Origin: a virus
Lineage: Duplodnaviria; Caudoviricetes
Direction: 5' to 3' (one strand)
Length of the DNA stretch: 40,576 nucleotides
Virus record (IMG/VR): IMGVR_UViG_3300046813_000129
Location: 1-40,576 of that record
Shown: one piece after another, positions 6,777 to 15,120 of the stretch
How positions within the stretch are numbered: the stretch's first letter is position 1
Layout of the letters: every line of letters starts with the position of its first letter
The notes under the pieces: generated by a model
The model's database searches: none
Seen by the model: only the letters and a program-made list of their open reading frames with translations
What the model was told of the DNA's origin: nothing
Position numbers and translations under genes: made by a program

Positions 6777-7379
6777 ATGTTGAAGGTGATTGCGATTGCT
6801 GTGGTGATGTTGTCCGCGTGTGCTGTTGAGCCCGCCGGCGCGCCAACGCCCGCGCCAGCCAAGGCGCCGCACTGGCAGACCGACTGCGATCCCGACCCGG
6901 CAACTGGCCAGTGCCCCGCGCCCAACGGTGGCGGTGGCGACACATGGGACGTCGCGTGCGGCGGCGTCGCCGGCGAGAGCTGCAACAGCGACTGGACCTG
7001 CCAGATCACCTGTCACGGTGCCGGGCAGTGCGTCGGCCAGTTCACCGACCCCAACGGCTCGCATCCCGGCTGGTGCGTCTCGACGCTGGGTGTCGCGCCC
7101 ACGGTCGATACCGTCGAGCACCAGTGCGTGCTGTGCGGCGAGGACCCGGGTGGCGGGGACGGTGGCGGTGGTATCGTGTCCACCACCGAGAACTGGCTCG
7201 ACGCCAACTACCCCGGGTGGTCGTGGCTGGGGAGCGGGTGGTCGTGGCTGGGGAGCGGTTCCGTCGACTGCCGGGTCACAGCCGACGGCAACGACTGTAG
7301 CGCGCTGTTCCAGTGGGGCGGCTCATGGATCGACGCCGGGTGCGTGCTGCTCGGTGACGGCACCCACGTCTGCGGGTAG
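6777..7379 (+). CDS. Cys/Gly/Trp-rich lipoprotein
   Basis: MLKVIAIAVVMLSA-C lipobox, AGGGAG SD, many Cys, and a 21-bp tandem duplication (WSWLGSG x2) at about 7217-7258. Confidence 0.8.
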   Translation: MLKVIAIAVVMLSACAVEPAGAPTPAPAKAPHWQTDCDPDPATGQCPAPNGGGGDTWDVACGGVAGESCNSDWTCQITCHGAGQCVGQFTDPNGSHPGWCVSTLGVAPTVDTVEHQCVLCGEDPGGGDGGGGIVSTTENWLDANYPGWSWLGSGWSWLGSGSVDCRVTADGNDCSALFQWGGSWIDAGCVLLGDGTHVCG

Positions 7380-7382
7380 CCC

Positions 7383-7574
7383 ATGCCGAGCTACCTCACT
7401 CCCCGCTGGCTGCTCGTGTACGCGCTCGGCGTCGCGGCGTGGGTGGCGATCTGGCTGCTGTTGGGCCCGATCGTGGCGGGCGCGCTCGTCGCGGCTTCGG
7501 CGTTCGGCGCCGTCGCGCTGCTCAACTGGATCTCGACCGGCTACCCGCTTCCGCCCGAGGACCGCCGGCGGTGA
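7383..7574 (+). CDS. Small two-TM membrane protein
   Basis: Two hydrophobic segments; starts 3 nt after the previous stop. Confidence 0.7.
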   Translation: MPSYLTPRWLLVYALGVAAWVAIWLLLGPIVAGALVAASAFGAVALLNWISTGYPLPPEDRRR

Positions 7575-7870
7575 TCCGGCTCCACCCCGACGACATCCGC
7601 GCGCTCGCCGCCGAGCTGGCTGACCAGCTTGCGGCGCGCCTCCAATCCGGACCACCGTCGAAGGAGGGAATCGCCGCGCCTGGTCGAGAGGACAACGACC
7701 GATGCGACGAGGAGAACGCGTTCATGGACCCTACAAGCACGGAGCACGATGGCGGGTCATCCTGGTTGGAGCGGATGGCTCGAGACGACGTCGCACGTTT
7801 GCGACGCGGTCAGCCGCTGAAACCTACGTCGAGGCCGCGCGCGGCGAAGCGCAGAGCGGGCGCACGGTGA
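7571..7870 (+). CDS. Hypothetical protein in the excisionase position, overlapping the integrase 5' end
   Basis: GTGA-coupled start giving VIRLHPDDIRALAAELADQLAARL; overlaps int by 169 nt. Confidence 0.45.
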   Translation: MIRLHPDDIRALAAELADQLAARLQSGPPSKEGIAAPGREDNDRCDEENAFMDPTSTEHDGGSSWLERMARDDVARLRRGQPLKPTSRPRAAKRRAGAR

Positions 7871-8823
7871 GCGCGGCGGTCGAGGCGTTCCTCGCGGACA
7901 AGCAGGCGCGCGGCCTCGAGCAGCTCACGCTCGACAGCTACCGCGACCGCCTCGAGCTGCTGCTCGGGCCTTTCGCCGAGCGCTCGCTCCGCTGGGTCAG
8001 CGGCCGCGGGGACGAGGTCTATGCGGCCGCGCAGCGCTACCCGGCCGGGCACCGACTTGCCGGGCAGGCGCGAGCCGCAGACACGCACCGCAACGCCCTC
8101 GCGCTGGGCAGGATGTGGGGCCGGTGGTGCGTCAAGCGCCACCTGCTCCGCTCCGACCCGTTCGAGGACGTCGAGCCGGTCGGCCGCAAGGCTATCGGTG
8201 CCGACAAGCCGCGGCTGTCCTTCGACGAGAGCCGACAGCTGCAGGCCTACTGCCACGCGCACGCCAATGACCCGGGCGCGGTGCTGACCCTCGCGTACCT
8301 GCTACTCGGCCCGCGAGCGAGCGAGCTCGTGCGGCGCGTGTGCCGCGACGTCGACGACGCCGGTCGCCTGCTCTGGATCGGCAAGACCAAGACCCGCGCG
8401 GGTCGGCGCCGCCTGGTCGTCCCGGGCGAGCTCGTGCCGCTGCTGCTCGCGCTGACCGTCGGCCGGCCGAGCGAGGCCCCGCTGTTCGCCCACCCCGAGG
8501 TCCGGCGCAGCCGCGGGCGAAGCGAGGGCGGCTCCGCGTGGTCGCGCCGGGTCGCCTACGACCACGTTCGGCGCGTGCTTGGCGCGGCCGGCGTCCCGGT
8601 GCTGCCGCCGCAGGCGCTGCGCCGGACCCAGGCCACGCTCGCGACCGACGCCGGCGAGACCGGGCTCGCCGTGGCTCGCCAGCTGGGCCATGCCGCGGCG
8701 GGGACGCCGGCGGTCACCACCGGTGCGTACATCGGCCGGGACTCCGCGCGCGCGGCCGCCAACCGCCGCGCTTGGGAACGACTTGGGAACCCGTCCCCTC
8801 CCGAGCCGAGCGATGTCAGCTAA
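7702..8823 (+). CDS. int: Tyrosine integrase
   Basis: N-terminal arm-binding-like region (WRV...G.RRRRTFATRSAA), LLGPRASEL (R), KTKT (K), QALRR, QLGH and TTGAY (Y); adjacent to attP. Confidence 0.93.
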   Translation: MRRGERVHGPYKHGARWRVILVGADGSRRRRTFATRSAAETYVEAARGEAQSGRTVSAAVEAFLADKQARGLEQLTLDSYRDRLELLLGPFAERSLRWVSGRGDEVYAAAQRYPAGHRLAGQARAADTHRNALALGRMWGRWCVKRHLLRSDPFEDVEPVGRKAIGADKPRLSFDESRQLQAYCHAHANDPGAVLTLAYLLLGPRASELVRRVCRDVDDAGRLLWIGKTKTRAGRRRLVVPGELVPLLLALTVGRPSEAPLFAHPEVRRSRGRSEGGSAWSRRVAYDHVRRVLGAAGVPVLPPQALRRTQATLATDAGETGLAVARQLGHAAAGTPAVTTGAYIGRDSARAAANRRAWERLGNPSPPEPSDVS

Positions 8824-8966
8824 GTAGCGTGCGAGCGCCCGGAATCGAACCGGGAAGCCTTGCGGCACAGGGACCTAAATCCTGACCAGCCCGACGAGAA
8901 CCGCTGCCGACCTGTTCCCAGGATTCGGCGATTCCCACGGCGGTTCGCTGGGTTGCAACTGGGAAC
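8771..8966. repeat. Putative integrase arm-type sites (TGGGAAC) flanking the attP core
   Basis: CTTGGGAAC at 8771 and 8782; inverted GTTCCCA at 8914 and ATTCCCA at 8931; TGGGAAC at 8960. Confidence 0.65.
8830..8884 (-). other. attP: attP core: 3' half of tRNA-Leu(TAG)
   Basis: Minus strand reads CAGGA-TTTAGGT-CCCTG, variable arm GCC-GCAA-GGC, T arm CCCGG-TTCGATT-CCGGG, acceptor CGCTCGC-A. No 5' half or D arm is present; it begins 6 nt after the int stop. Confidence 0.88.
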
Positions 8967-8969
8967 GCG

Positions 8970-9527
8970 CTAGGGCCTGACCTGCAGCATCACCGTGCGG
9001 TGCTCGGGCTTCGGCCACGTGGCGTCGTGCTGGTTCCACACCGCTCCGTCGCTCGCCACGATGCCGGGCCGCCTGCCGTTCGGCCCGTGGCACTGCACGA
9101 CGTCGAGCAGGCTGTAGTCCGGCCGCTCGTGGTCCCAGGTCGTGCACCGCGACACGCCCACGACGATCGCGATGTGCCCGATCCACGGCGTCGGCTGGCC
9201 GGGCAGCCGGATCGTCGGGTAGGCGACGAGCGCGCCCGGCGCCGGGGTCGTGACGCGCTCGAACAGCTCCTGCGCGTGGTCCGCGTCCTCGATCGCGCTG
9301 TTGCAGTTCAAGTCGTCCGAGACGCTCGCCCATGCGCCGGCGTTGAACCCCGGCCGGTGGCGGCGCAGGCCGAAGCACTCGCAGACCGCGAAGCCGAAAC
9401 AGTCCCGGGCGTCGTCGTTGTTGCTGCCAAGGTCGCCGGCGCCAAGCTCGTAGACGCCGCGCCCGACCATGGCGAGCGCGTGGCGAACCGCGGCGTTGGC
9501 CGGGTGGAGCGGGCGCGGGCCGGTCAC
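8970..9527 (-). CDS. Endolysin, NlpC/P60-CHAP-like Cys-His peptidase, 185 aa
   Basis: Y.LGAG...DCFGF...PAPGALVAY...GHIAIV; GTGA overlap with the upstream gene; last gene of the late operon. Confidence 0.78.
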   Translation of the reverse strand: MTGPRPLHPANAAVRHALAMVGRGVYELGAGDLGSNNDDARDCFGFAVCECFGLRRHRPGFNAGAWASVSDDLNCNSAIEDADHAQELFERVTTPAPGALVAYPTIRLPGQPTPWIGHIAIVVGVSRCTTWDHERPDYSLLDVVQCHGPNGRRPGIVASDGAVWNQHDATWPKPEHRTVMLQVRP

Positions 9528-10156
9528 AGCTCGGTGCCCGCGACGCGCACGACCGGCCACCCGAGCTCGGCGCGCGCCGCGGCGAACGCGCTGCGCAGCC
9601 CGAGCCCGTCCGGCGGTGCGGCGCTGGCCACCCGCGCGCTCAAGCTCGCCGCCGGCGCCGCAGCGGTCACCGCCGCCAGCGCGGCCGCGATCGCGCAGCG
9701 GCCCAGGTCCGAGCTGATCGGCGCCAGATCGGCCCGGATCGCGTCCGAGCTCGGGGCGACACCGCCGGCGATCCAGTGCTGGACCTCGGCAGCTGCGAAC
9801 GCCTTTGCGTCGGCGAGCGCCTGGGCGTCGAGGTGGCCGTCCTCGCAGTCGAGGAAGGTCACGGCGCCGGTGGCGACCGCGGGGCGCGCGGTGGCGCAGG
9901 CCGGCAAGGCCGCGGCGCCCAGGCCGAGCACGACCAGGGCGAGCAGCGCGGCGGTGCCCGAACTGGCGGGCGGCTTGGTGGTGGCGGGCACGACGCCGGC
10001 TTGTCGCCCGCGCCACCAGGCGAGCACCTCGTCGATGTCGTCGCGCATGGTGTCGTCGAGGGTAGTCTTCGTCCGCGGCGCCACGACGTGGAGCACCATG
10101 GAGGCGGCGCCGAGGATGGCGGCCGCGAGGGCGATCAGGAAAGTCGTATCGGGCAT
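9524..10156 (-). CDS. Lysis-cassette membrane protein (holin/spanin candidate)
   Basis: N-terminal TM, then a second hydrophobic segment ending in LPAC; directly upstream of the endolysin. Confidence 0.6.
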   Translation of the reverse strand: MPDTTFLIALAAAILGAASMVLHVVAPRTKTTLDDTMRDDIDEVLAWWRGRQAGVVPATTKPPASSGTAALLALVVLGLGAAALPACATARPAVATGAVTFLDCEDGHLDAQALADAKAFAAAEVQHWIAGGVAPSSDAIRADLAPISSDLGRCAIAAALAAVTAAAPAASLSARVASAAPPDGLGLRSAFAAARAELGWPVVRVAGTEL

Positions 10157-10191
10157 GGTCGGGTCCTTCTGGCGCGCGCGGCGCCGGTTGC

Positions 10192-10566
10192 CTATTCGTG
10201 CGGGTCTCGTTGCGGCAGCGGCGTGCGCCGGCGTCGGTGGGGCGCGGTCTCGCGCTCGCGCTCAACCTCGGATGGCGTGCGATCGCGGTCGAGCCAGCTG
10301 AGCGCGCTGTCGAGCTTGACCTCGACACGCACCACCTTTTCGCTGAGCTCGGCCTGGCTCGCGGTCATCCGGTTGCCGAGCTCGCGGTGGCTGTCGATGT
10401 CGCGGGTGGTGTGCTCGGCGATCGCGCGGGTGTTCGCATCGAGCGACGCGATCCAGCGCTCGGCGATGCCCTTGAGCACGCGCCAGAGGATGAGCAACAG
10501 CACGGCCACCGCGGCGCCGGTGCCGAGCGCCTGGCCGAGCATCGCTGCGAGCTTGGTCTCGTCCAT
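10192..10566 (-). CDS. Holin-like protein (one TM plus coiled coil)
   Basis: TM ALGTGAAVAVLLLILW, coiled coil, basic C-terminus; lysis position. Confidence 0.55.
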   Translation of the reverse strand: MDETKLAAMLGQALGTGAAVAVLLLILWRVLKGIAERWIASLDANTRAIAEHTTRDIDSHRELGNRMTASQAELSEKVVRVEVKLDSALSWLDRDRTPSEVERERETAPHRRRRTPLPQRDPHE

Positions 10567-10567
10567 A

Positions 10568-11455
10568 TCACCAATCCGCCGGCAGCCGCTGGAACGTCAG
10601 ACTTCCGCTGCCGTGCTGCGGAAACGCCACGGCGGGGTCCGAGCTGATCGCGCCGAGCACCTGGTCGAGCGTCGCGGTCGCCGAGAGCACGGCGCCGGCG
10701 TTGCCCTTCTCGAGGCTGACGCGCGGGCCGCACGCGGGCAGCGGCTGCATGATGGACTCGCCGAACCGCACGCCGTGCGCGTTGTTGATCTCGTTGAGGA
10801 CGTTCGCGGGCAGCGACCAGCCCGGACAGCCGATCGTCACCCATGACGTGTCGTAGACGCTGGCGCTCGTGACGAGCAACGGCACCGCGGGCAGGTCCGC
10901 GTGCACGTCGTCGTTGATGGCCCCGCCGGCGGTGGCCTCGAGCACGACCATCTCGGTGGGGATGGTGCGCAGCCTGGCGAGCCGGCCGAAGTACAGCCCG
11001 CGCGGATCGGCGGCGTATCGCGCGTCGAGCGCCCAGACCTCGGCCGGGTCGCAGTACAGCAGGTAGGCCTGGTGGATGCCGACGGCGTTGCGCACGCGGG
11101 TGCCGCCGCCGAGCTCGAGCGGGCGCCGCGCGTCCAGGGGCCGAATGAACCCGGCCCGGCGGGTCAGCGGGAACAGGTCCTGTGCGACGTCGATCGGGTC
11201 GCCGTAGTAGACGGCGAACGCGTTGGTGACCCACCAGCCGTGATTGACCGGCACGGTGACGTCGAGCGCGTCGGTCGCTGGGTCGACGCCGGCCATGGCG
11301 TAACAGCGCGGGTCGAGCAGCGCGGCCCGGACCGCGAGGTCCTCGAGCTCGGGGTCCGTGAACGCGATCGCGCTCGCGACGGTCGCCTCGGGTGGGGCGG
11401 CCGGCAGTCCGGCCGTGCAGCCGAGGAGCAGGGTGAGCAGGAGGGCGAGTCGCAT
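10568..11455 (-). CDS. Lipoprotein of unknown function, 295 aa
   Basis: MRLALLLTLLLG-C lipobox; AAGGA SD. Confidence 0.75.
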   Translation of the reverse strand: MRLALLLTLLLGCTAGLPAAPPEATVASAIAFTDPELEDLAVRAALLDPRCYAMAGVDPATDALDVTVPVNHGWWVTNAFAVYYGDPIDVAQDLFPLTRRAGFIRPLDARRPLELGGGTRVRNAVGIHQAYLLYCDPAEVWALDARYAADPRGLYFGRLARLRTIPTEMVVLEATAGGAINDDVHADLPAVPLLVTSASVYDTSWVTIGCPGWSLPANVLNEINNAHGVRFGESIMQPLPACGPRVSLEKGNAGAVLSATATLDQVLGAISSDPAVAFPQHGSGSLTFQRLPADW

Positions 11456-11473
11456 CGGGGTCCTTTCGGCGGC

Positions 11474-12307
11474 CTACCAGGCCACCATCCAGCCGAGGGT
11501 TTGCAGCAGCGTTCGCACCTGGGCGTCCGAGAGCTCGGCCGCGGCGCCGAAGAACACGGCGCTGTAGAGGAACGTGAACGCGTCGGGGAAGAACGACATA
11601 GTGTTGTCGCCGCCGAGCGCGTAGCCCTTGCCGGTCGGCGTGGCGGTCAGCGTCGGCGCGAGCTTCTCGGCATCGCTGTAGAGCGCCGCCGCGGCGCCGG
11701 TGCGGTTGACCTTCAACACGAACGGGCGCACCACGGCGGAGGCATCGTCCACGCCGTCGACGAAGTTGGGATCGGCGACACCGCGCAGCTTCTTGTTCGT
11801 CGAGTTGCCGATCAGCGCCGCGGCCTGCGAGCCGAAGGTGGGCCCGAACTGGAACAGCGATCGAAACGTCGCGGCCGTCGCCGGGACGAGCGCGTAGACG
11901 AGCGCGAGCATGCTCGTCGTCGAGATGTTGGGCAGGCTCGCCGAGACCGACTGCATGAGCCCGGCGACGCCCGTGCTGGTCCCGATACCCTTGGTCGACC
12001 AGCCCGACGCGGCCTGCTGGTAGGCCAGCGTTCCGCTCGCGGTGAGCGTGATCGAGCCGATCGCGTCGGCCGGGTTGCCTGACGCCTCCTGCAGGAGGTG
12101 GAGCGCGCTCGGGTTGCCGCTCGACAGGCCGGCAGCCGCCATCGTGGTGTTCCACTGGGTCGTGTTCGCGGGCAGGAACTTGCCGCTGGTCGCATCCTGG
12201 GCGACGCCGGCCATCGACGTGTTCGCCGCGCGCAGCGGATCCGCCTGCAGTCCGATGGCCAGGCCGGCGCGCAGCCCGGTGGCGAGCCCTGTGCGGAGGT
12301 TGATCAC
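11474..12307 (-). CDS. Virion protein, possible LamG/ConA-like receptor-binding protein
   Basis: Beta-rich Ala/Thr/Ser/Gly composition with lectin-like patterns (LKVNRTG...LYSD, ELSDAQV); follows the ejection genes. Confidence 0.5.
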   Translation of the reverse strand: MINLRTGLATGLRAGLAIGLQADPLRAANTSMAGVAQDATSGKFLPANTTQWNTTMAAAGLSSGNPSALHLLQEASGNPADAIGSITLTASGTLAYQQAASGWSTKGIGTSTGVAGLMQSVSASLPNISTTSMLALVYALVPATAATFRSLFQFGPTFGSQAAALIGNSTNKKLRGVADPNFVDGVDDASAVVRPFVLKVNRTGAAAALYSDAEKLAPTLTATPTGKGYALGGDNTMSFFPDAFTFLYSAVFFGAAAELSDAQVRTLLQTLGWMVAW

Positions 12308-12310
12308 CGG

Positions 12311-12841
12311 CTAGATGCCCTTCCCCCAGATCGCGCAACGGATCTTGCCGCCGGTGCCGCCGACCACGGCCTTCCAGCGCGCGCGCCGCATCGCGAGGTT
12401 GCCGAGGTTGATCGTCGAGCCGCCCGCGGTGCCGCCGGCGACCACCAGGGTCAGGTTCGTGACGGTGAGGCCGCCGGCGCCGCTGCCCGAGACGTAGGCG
12501 CCGCTCGGATTCTCCTGCATCCAGTTGCCCGCCGTGGTGTCGAAGTCCGACACGTCGACGTCGCCGCGCATGTCGGGCGAGCGCGTCGCGGTGAAGTTGC
12601 AGGTCTCGAGGGTGAGAGTGACGATGATCGCCGCGTCCCACCGGAAGTGCGTCGACGCGTAGCTCGCCTCGGCGGGCACTGCGGAGCGCTGGCTGCCGAT
12701 CGGGAACAGGTAGGTGGTGCCGCTCGCGAGCGTGACGCCCCAGGTCGACGGCGCACCGTCTTTGTTGGCCGCGATCGCCGTCCCGTCGGACTTGATCGCG
12801 TCGATGTTGGCGGAGTTGAGCTGGCGATTCGGGTCGGTCAT
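12311..12841 (-). CDS. Putative virion structural protein (beta-sandwich-like)
   Basis: Coupled gene in the late operon; Thr/Gly-rich beta pattern. Confidence 0.55.
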   Translation of the reverse strand: MTDPNRQLNSANIDAIKSDGTAIAANKDGAPSTWGVTLASGTTYLFPIGSQRSAVPAEASYASTHFRWDAAIIVTLTLETCNFTATRSPDMRGDVDVSDFDTTAGNWMQENPSGAYVSGSGAGGLTVTNLTLVVAGGTAGGSTINLGNLAMRRARWKAVVGGTGGKIRCAIWGKGI

Positions 12842-15120
12842 ACGTGGGCTCCTTGCGCGCGCGTCTGCGCCGGCGTCGGCGCGTCGATGGACTTCTTCAG
12901 CGAGCCGAACTGCGGCTGCGCCTGGGGTGCCTGCGTGCCGCCGGCGGTGCCCGGCTCGGCCGCGAATTGACCCTGCAGGAACGAGAACACCCGCGGGTCG
13001 AGCGCCGGGTCGACGGGGATGCCCGAGAACAGCGACAGCGACAGCCGGCGCTCGTACGGCAGGGTCTTCTGCAGCGTGGGCAGCTCGGTCGAAACCGTGT
13101 TGATGAAGTGCTGCATCATCTCGGGGTAGAGCGCGCGCATCGTGCTGGCGTCCTCGGGCGTCACGTGGCCCGACACGACGCGCTCGAGCGCGCCGTGCGG
13201 ATCGTCGGCCGCGGCGGCCTTGCGCGCCCAGGAGCGCATCTCCATGTCGCTCGGGTGCCAGGTGTCCGGGCCGACCTGGATGCCGGCCATGTCGGGGCGC
13301 CGCGGGATCTGCGACGCAAGCCAGGCGATGCGGAGCGCGCCGGCGGTCTCGAGGCGGTCCGCGCCGACCGGGTCGAGCGCGCCGATGCCCGCGAGCCGGG
13401 CGGCCATCTTCTGCCGCGCCTCGGGGCGCATCTGGAAGGTGCCGTTAGCTGCGATCTGGACCTGTTGCTTCACCTCGTCGGTGCGCGCCTTGTAGAGCTC
13501 GGGCAGCGTCTCGCCCTTGGGCTCGGCCGGCTCGTCGCTGTAGCGCATGGCGGCCAGCACCTTGGTGGCGAGCGGCGCCTTCGCCGCGACGGCCGCCGCC
13601 TTGCCCAGGAATGAACTCGCGGCGCGCCCGCCACGTTCCGCCGCCGCGATGCCGACCTTCTTCAGGCTGCCCAGCGCGCCGGCGCCGTGTTCCGCCAGGG
13701 CGCCAAGGGGCCCTGCGAAGTGAGCGGCGGCGTGGAGCGCCGAGGCGCCGAGCGATTTCGGCTTGGGCACGCCGAGCGCCTCGCGCGCCGCGCCGATCTG
13801 GGTCAGCCGCTCGGAGGCGGGCTCCGCGGCCAGCTCGACGATGCGGCGCTGTAGATCGAGATTCGCCTTGACCGCGCCCGGAAACGTCGCCTCGATCGCA
13901 TCAAGCTTGCGACCGTCATGGAAGCTGGAGGGGAGTGGACGGCCGGAGCGCCGCATCTCCAGCTCGGCCGCATTCTGGATGCCCTCTTCCGTGAGCGCGC
14001 TGGGGACGTAGCCTGGGATCTCGCCATTGCGGATCGCGATCCGCGTGTCCATGACGCCGGAGTTGGCGTGGGCCAGCTTGCCGGCCTCCTCGGTGCCCCA
14101 CTGGAGGATCTCGGACATCGCCTGCTCCTGCCGCTGCAGGAACGGCAGGAGCTTCTGCGGGTTCTCGACGAGCGCTGCCCGGTTGTCGAGCGCGCCACGC
14201 AACGAGAAATCGGCCTTGCGCAGACTGGCTCCGGCCTCGCGCACATTCCGGTCGGCCGCGCCTTGCGTGGTCTCGAACACTCGGCGATCGCGTAGCCTGT
14301 CGCGGAACTCGCTGATGTCGTCGACGAGCTGCTGGCGCTGCGGCGCGCGCTCGGCCTCGATGCGCTCAACCTCGCTCGCCTCGGCCTTGCGGAGGCTCGG
14401 AGCGTCGAGCGTCGAAACGTCCGCGGAGGCGAGCGCCTCCGGGGACTCCGCGGCGGCCTTGCTGAGCGCCCGGCGGTCGAGCCACTCGTCGAGCGCGTCC
14501 TTGGCCTTGCCGAGTCCGACCTCGGCCGCTTTGCCGGCGCCGCCCAGGGCACCACCGAACGCGCCGCCGTAGAGCATGTTCGAGGACAGCGAAGATCCGA
14601 TGTGCTCGAGCGACAGCGGTTCGTCCGTCAGCGCGAGCTCGTGGACGGCCTGGGCGGCGCCGAACGCCGCACCCTCCGCGGCGCCGCCGGCCGCGCCCAT
14701 GCCGACCCGACCCAGGAACCCGGCACCCTCGCCGAGTCCGGACACGGCCTTGCCCAGGCGACCGGCGATCGACCCGGCCCCGCCGGGCACGAATGCGCCC
14801 GCCACCGAGCCGGCCGTGGTCGCGGTCGGATGCCCCTCGGCGAGCTGCTGGAGGTAGATGCGGGCGTCCTCGCCGCCGATCGCGCGCTGGAGGACGTCGG
14901 ACGCGCCGAACGTCGCAGTGCTCGCCGCGGCCTGGCCGAACGCCTCCACCGGGTTGGTCTGCGCGGCGCGGGTGTCGGCGCCGACGCGCGCGACCGACTC
15001 CTCGACGGACTCCGGCCGGTACCCGCGGCGCTGGTAGAGCTCAAGCTCGCCGGCGGGCACCTCGACGGGCTGCCCCTGCGGCGTGACCATGTTGACGGTC
15101 GTGTCGGGCGCGTCAGGCAC
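12838..15120 (-). CDS. Putative DNA ejection (internal virion) protein, 760 aa
   Basis: Ala/Gly-rich hydrophobic stretches and long helices; third of three such genes after the tail hub, as in P22 gp7/gp20/gp16. Confidence 0.6.
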   Translation of the reverse strand: MPDAPDTTVNMVTPQGQPVEVPAGELELYQRRGYRPESVEESVARVGADTRAAQTNPVEAFGQAAASTATFGASDVLQRAIGGEDARIYLQQLAEGHPTATTAGSVAGAFVPGGAGSIAGRLGKAVSGLGEGAGFLGRVGMGAAGGAAEGAAFGAAQAVHELALTDEPLSLEHIGSSLSSNMLYGGAFGGALGGAGKAAEVGLGKAKDALDEWLDRRALSKAAAESPEALASADVSTLDAPSLRKAEASEVERIEAERAPQRQQLVDDISEFRDRLRDRRVFETTQGAADRNVREAGASLRKADFSLRGALDNRAALVENPQKLLPFLQRQEQAMSEILQWGTEEAGKLAHANSGVMDTRIAIRNGEIPGYVPSALTEEGIQNAAELEMRRSGRPLPSSFHDGRKLDAIEATFPGAVKANLDLQRRIVELAAEPASERLTQIGAAREALGVPKPKSLGASALHAAAHFAGPLGALAEHGAGALGSLKKVGIAAAERGGRAASSFLGKAAAVAAKAPLATKVLAAMRYSDEPAEPKGETLPELYKARTDEVKQQVQIAANGTFQMRPEARQKMAARLAGIGALDPVGADRLETAGALRIAWLASQIPRRPDMAGIQVGPDTWHPSDMEMRSWARKAAAADDPHGALERVVSGHVTPEDASTMRALYPEMMQHFINTVSTELPTLQKTLPYERRLSLSLFSGIPVDPALDPRVFSFLQGQFAAEPGTAGGTQAPQAQPQFGSLKKSIDAPTPAQTRAQGAHV

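Noticed and set aside
8830-8884. Functional tRNA-Leu gene
   Set aside because: No 5' acceptor strand or D arm; it is the attP core.
9528-10328. 452-aa endolysin ORF
   Set aside because: The extension overlaps two better genes and is Arg-rich off-frame sequence. The coupled start is at 9527.
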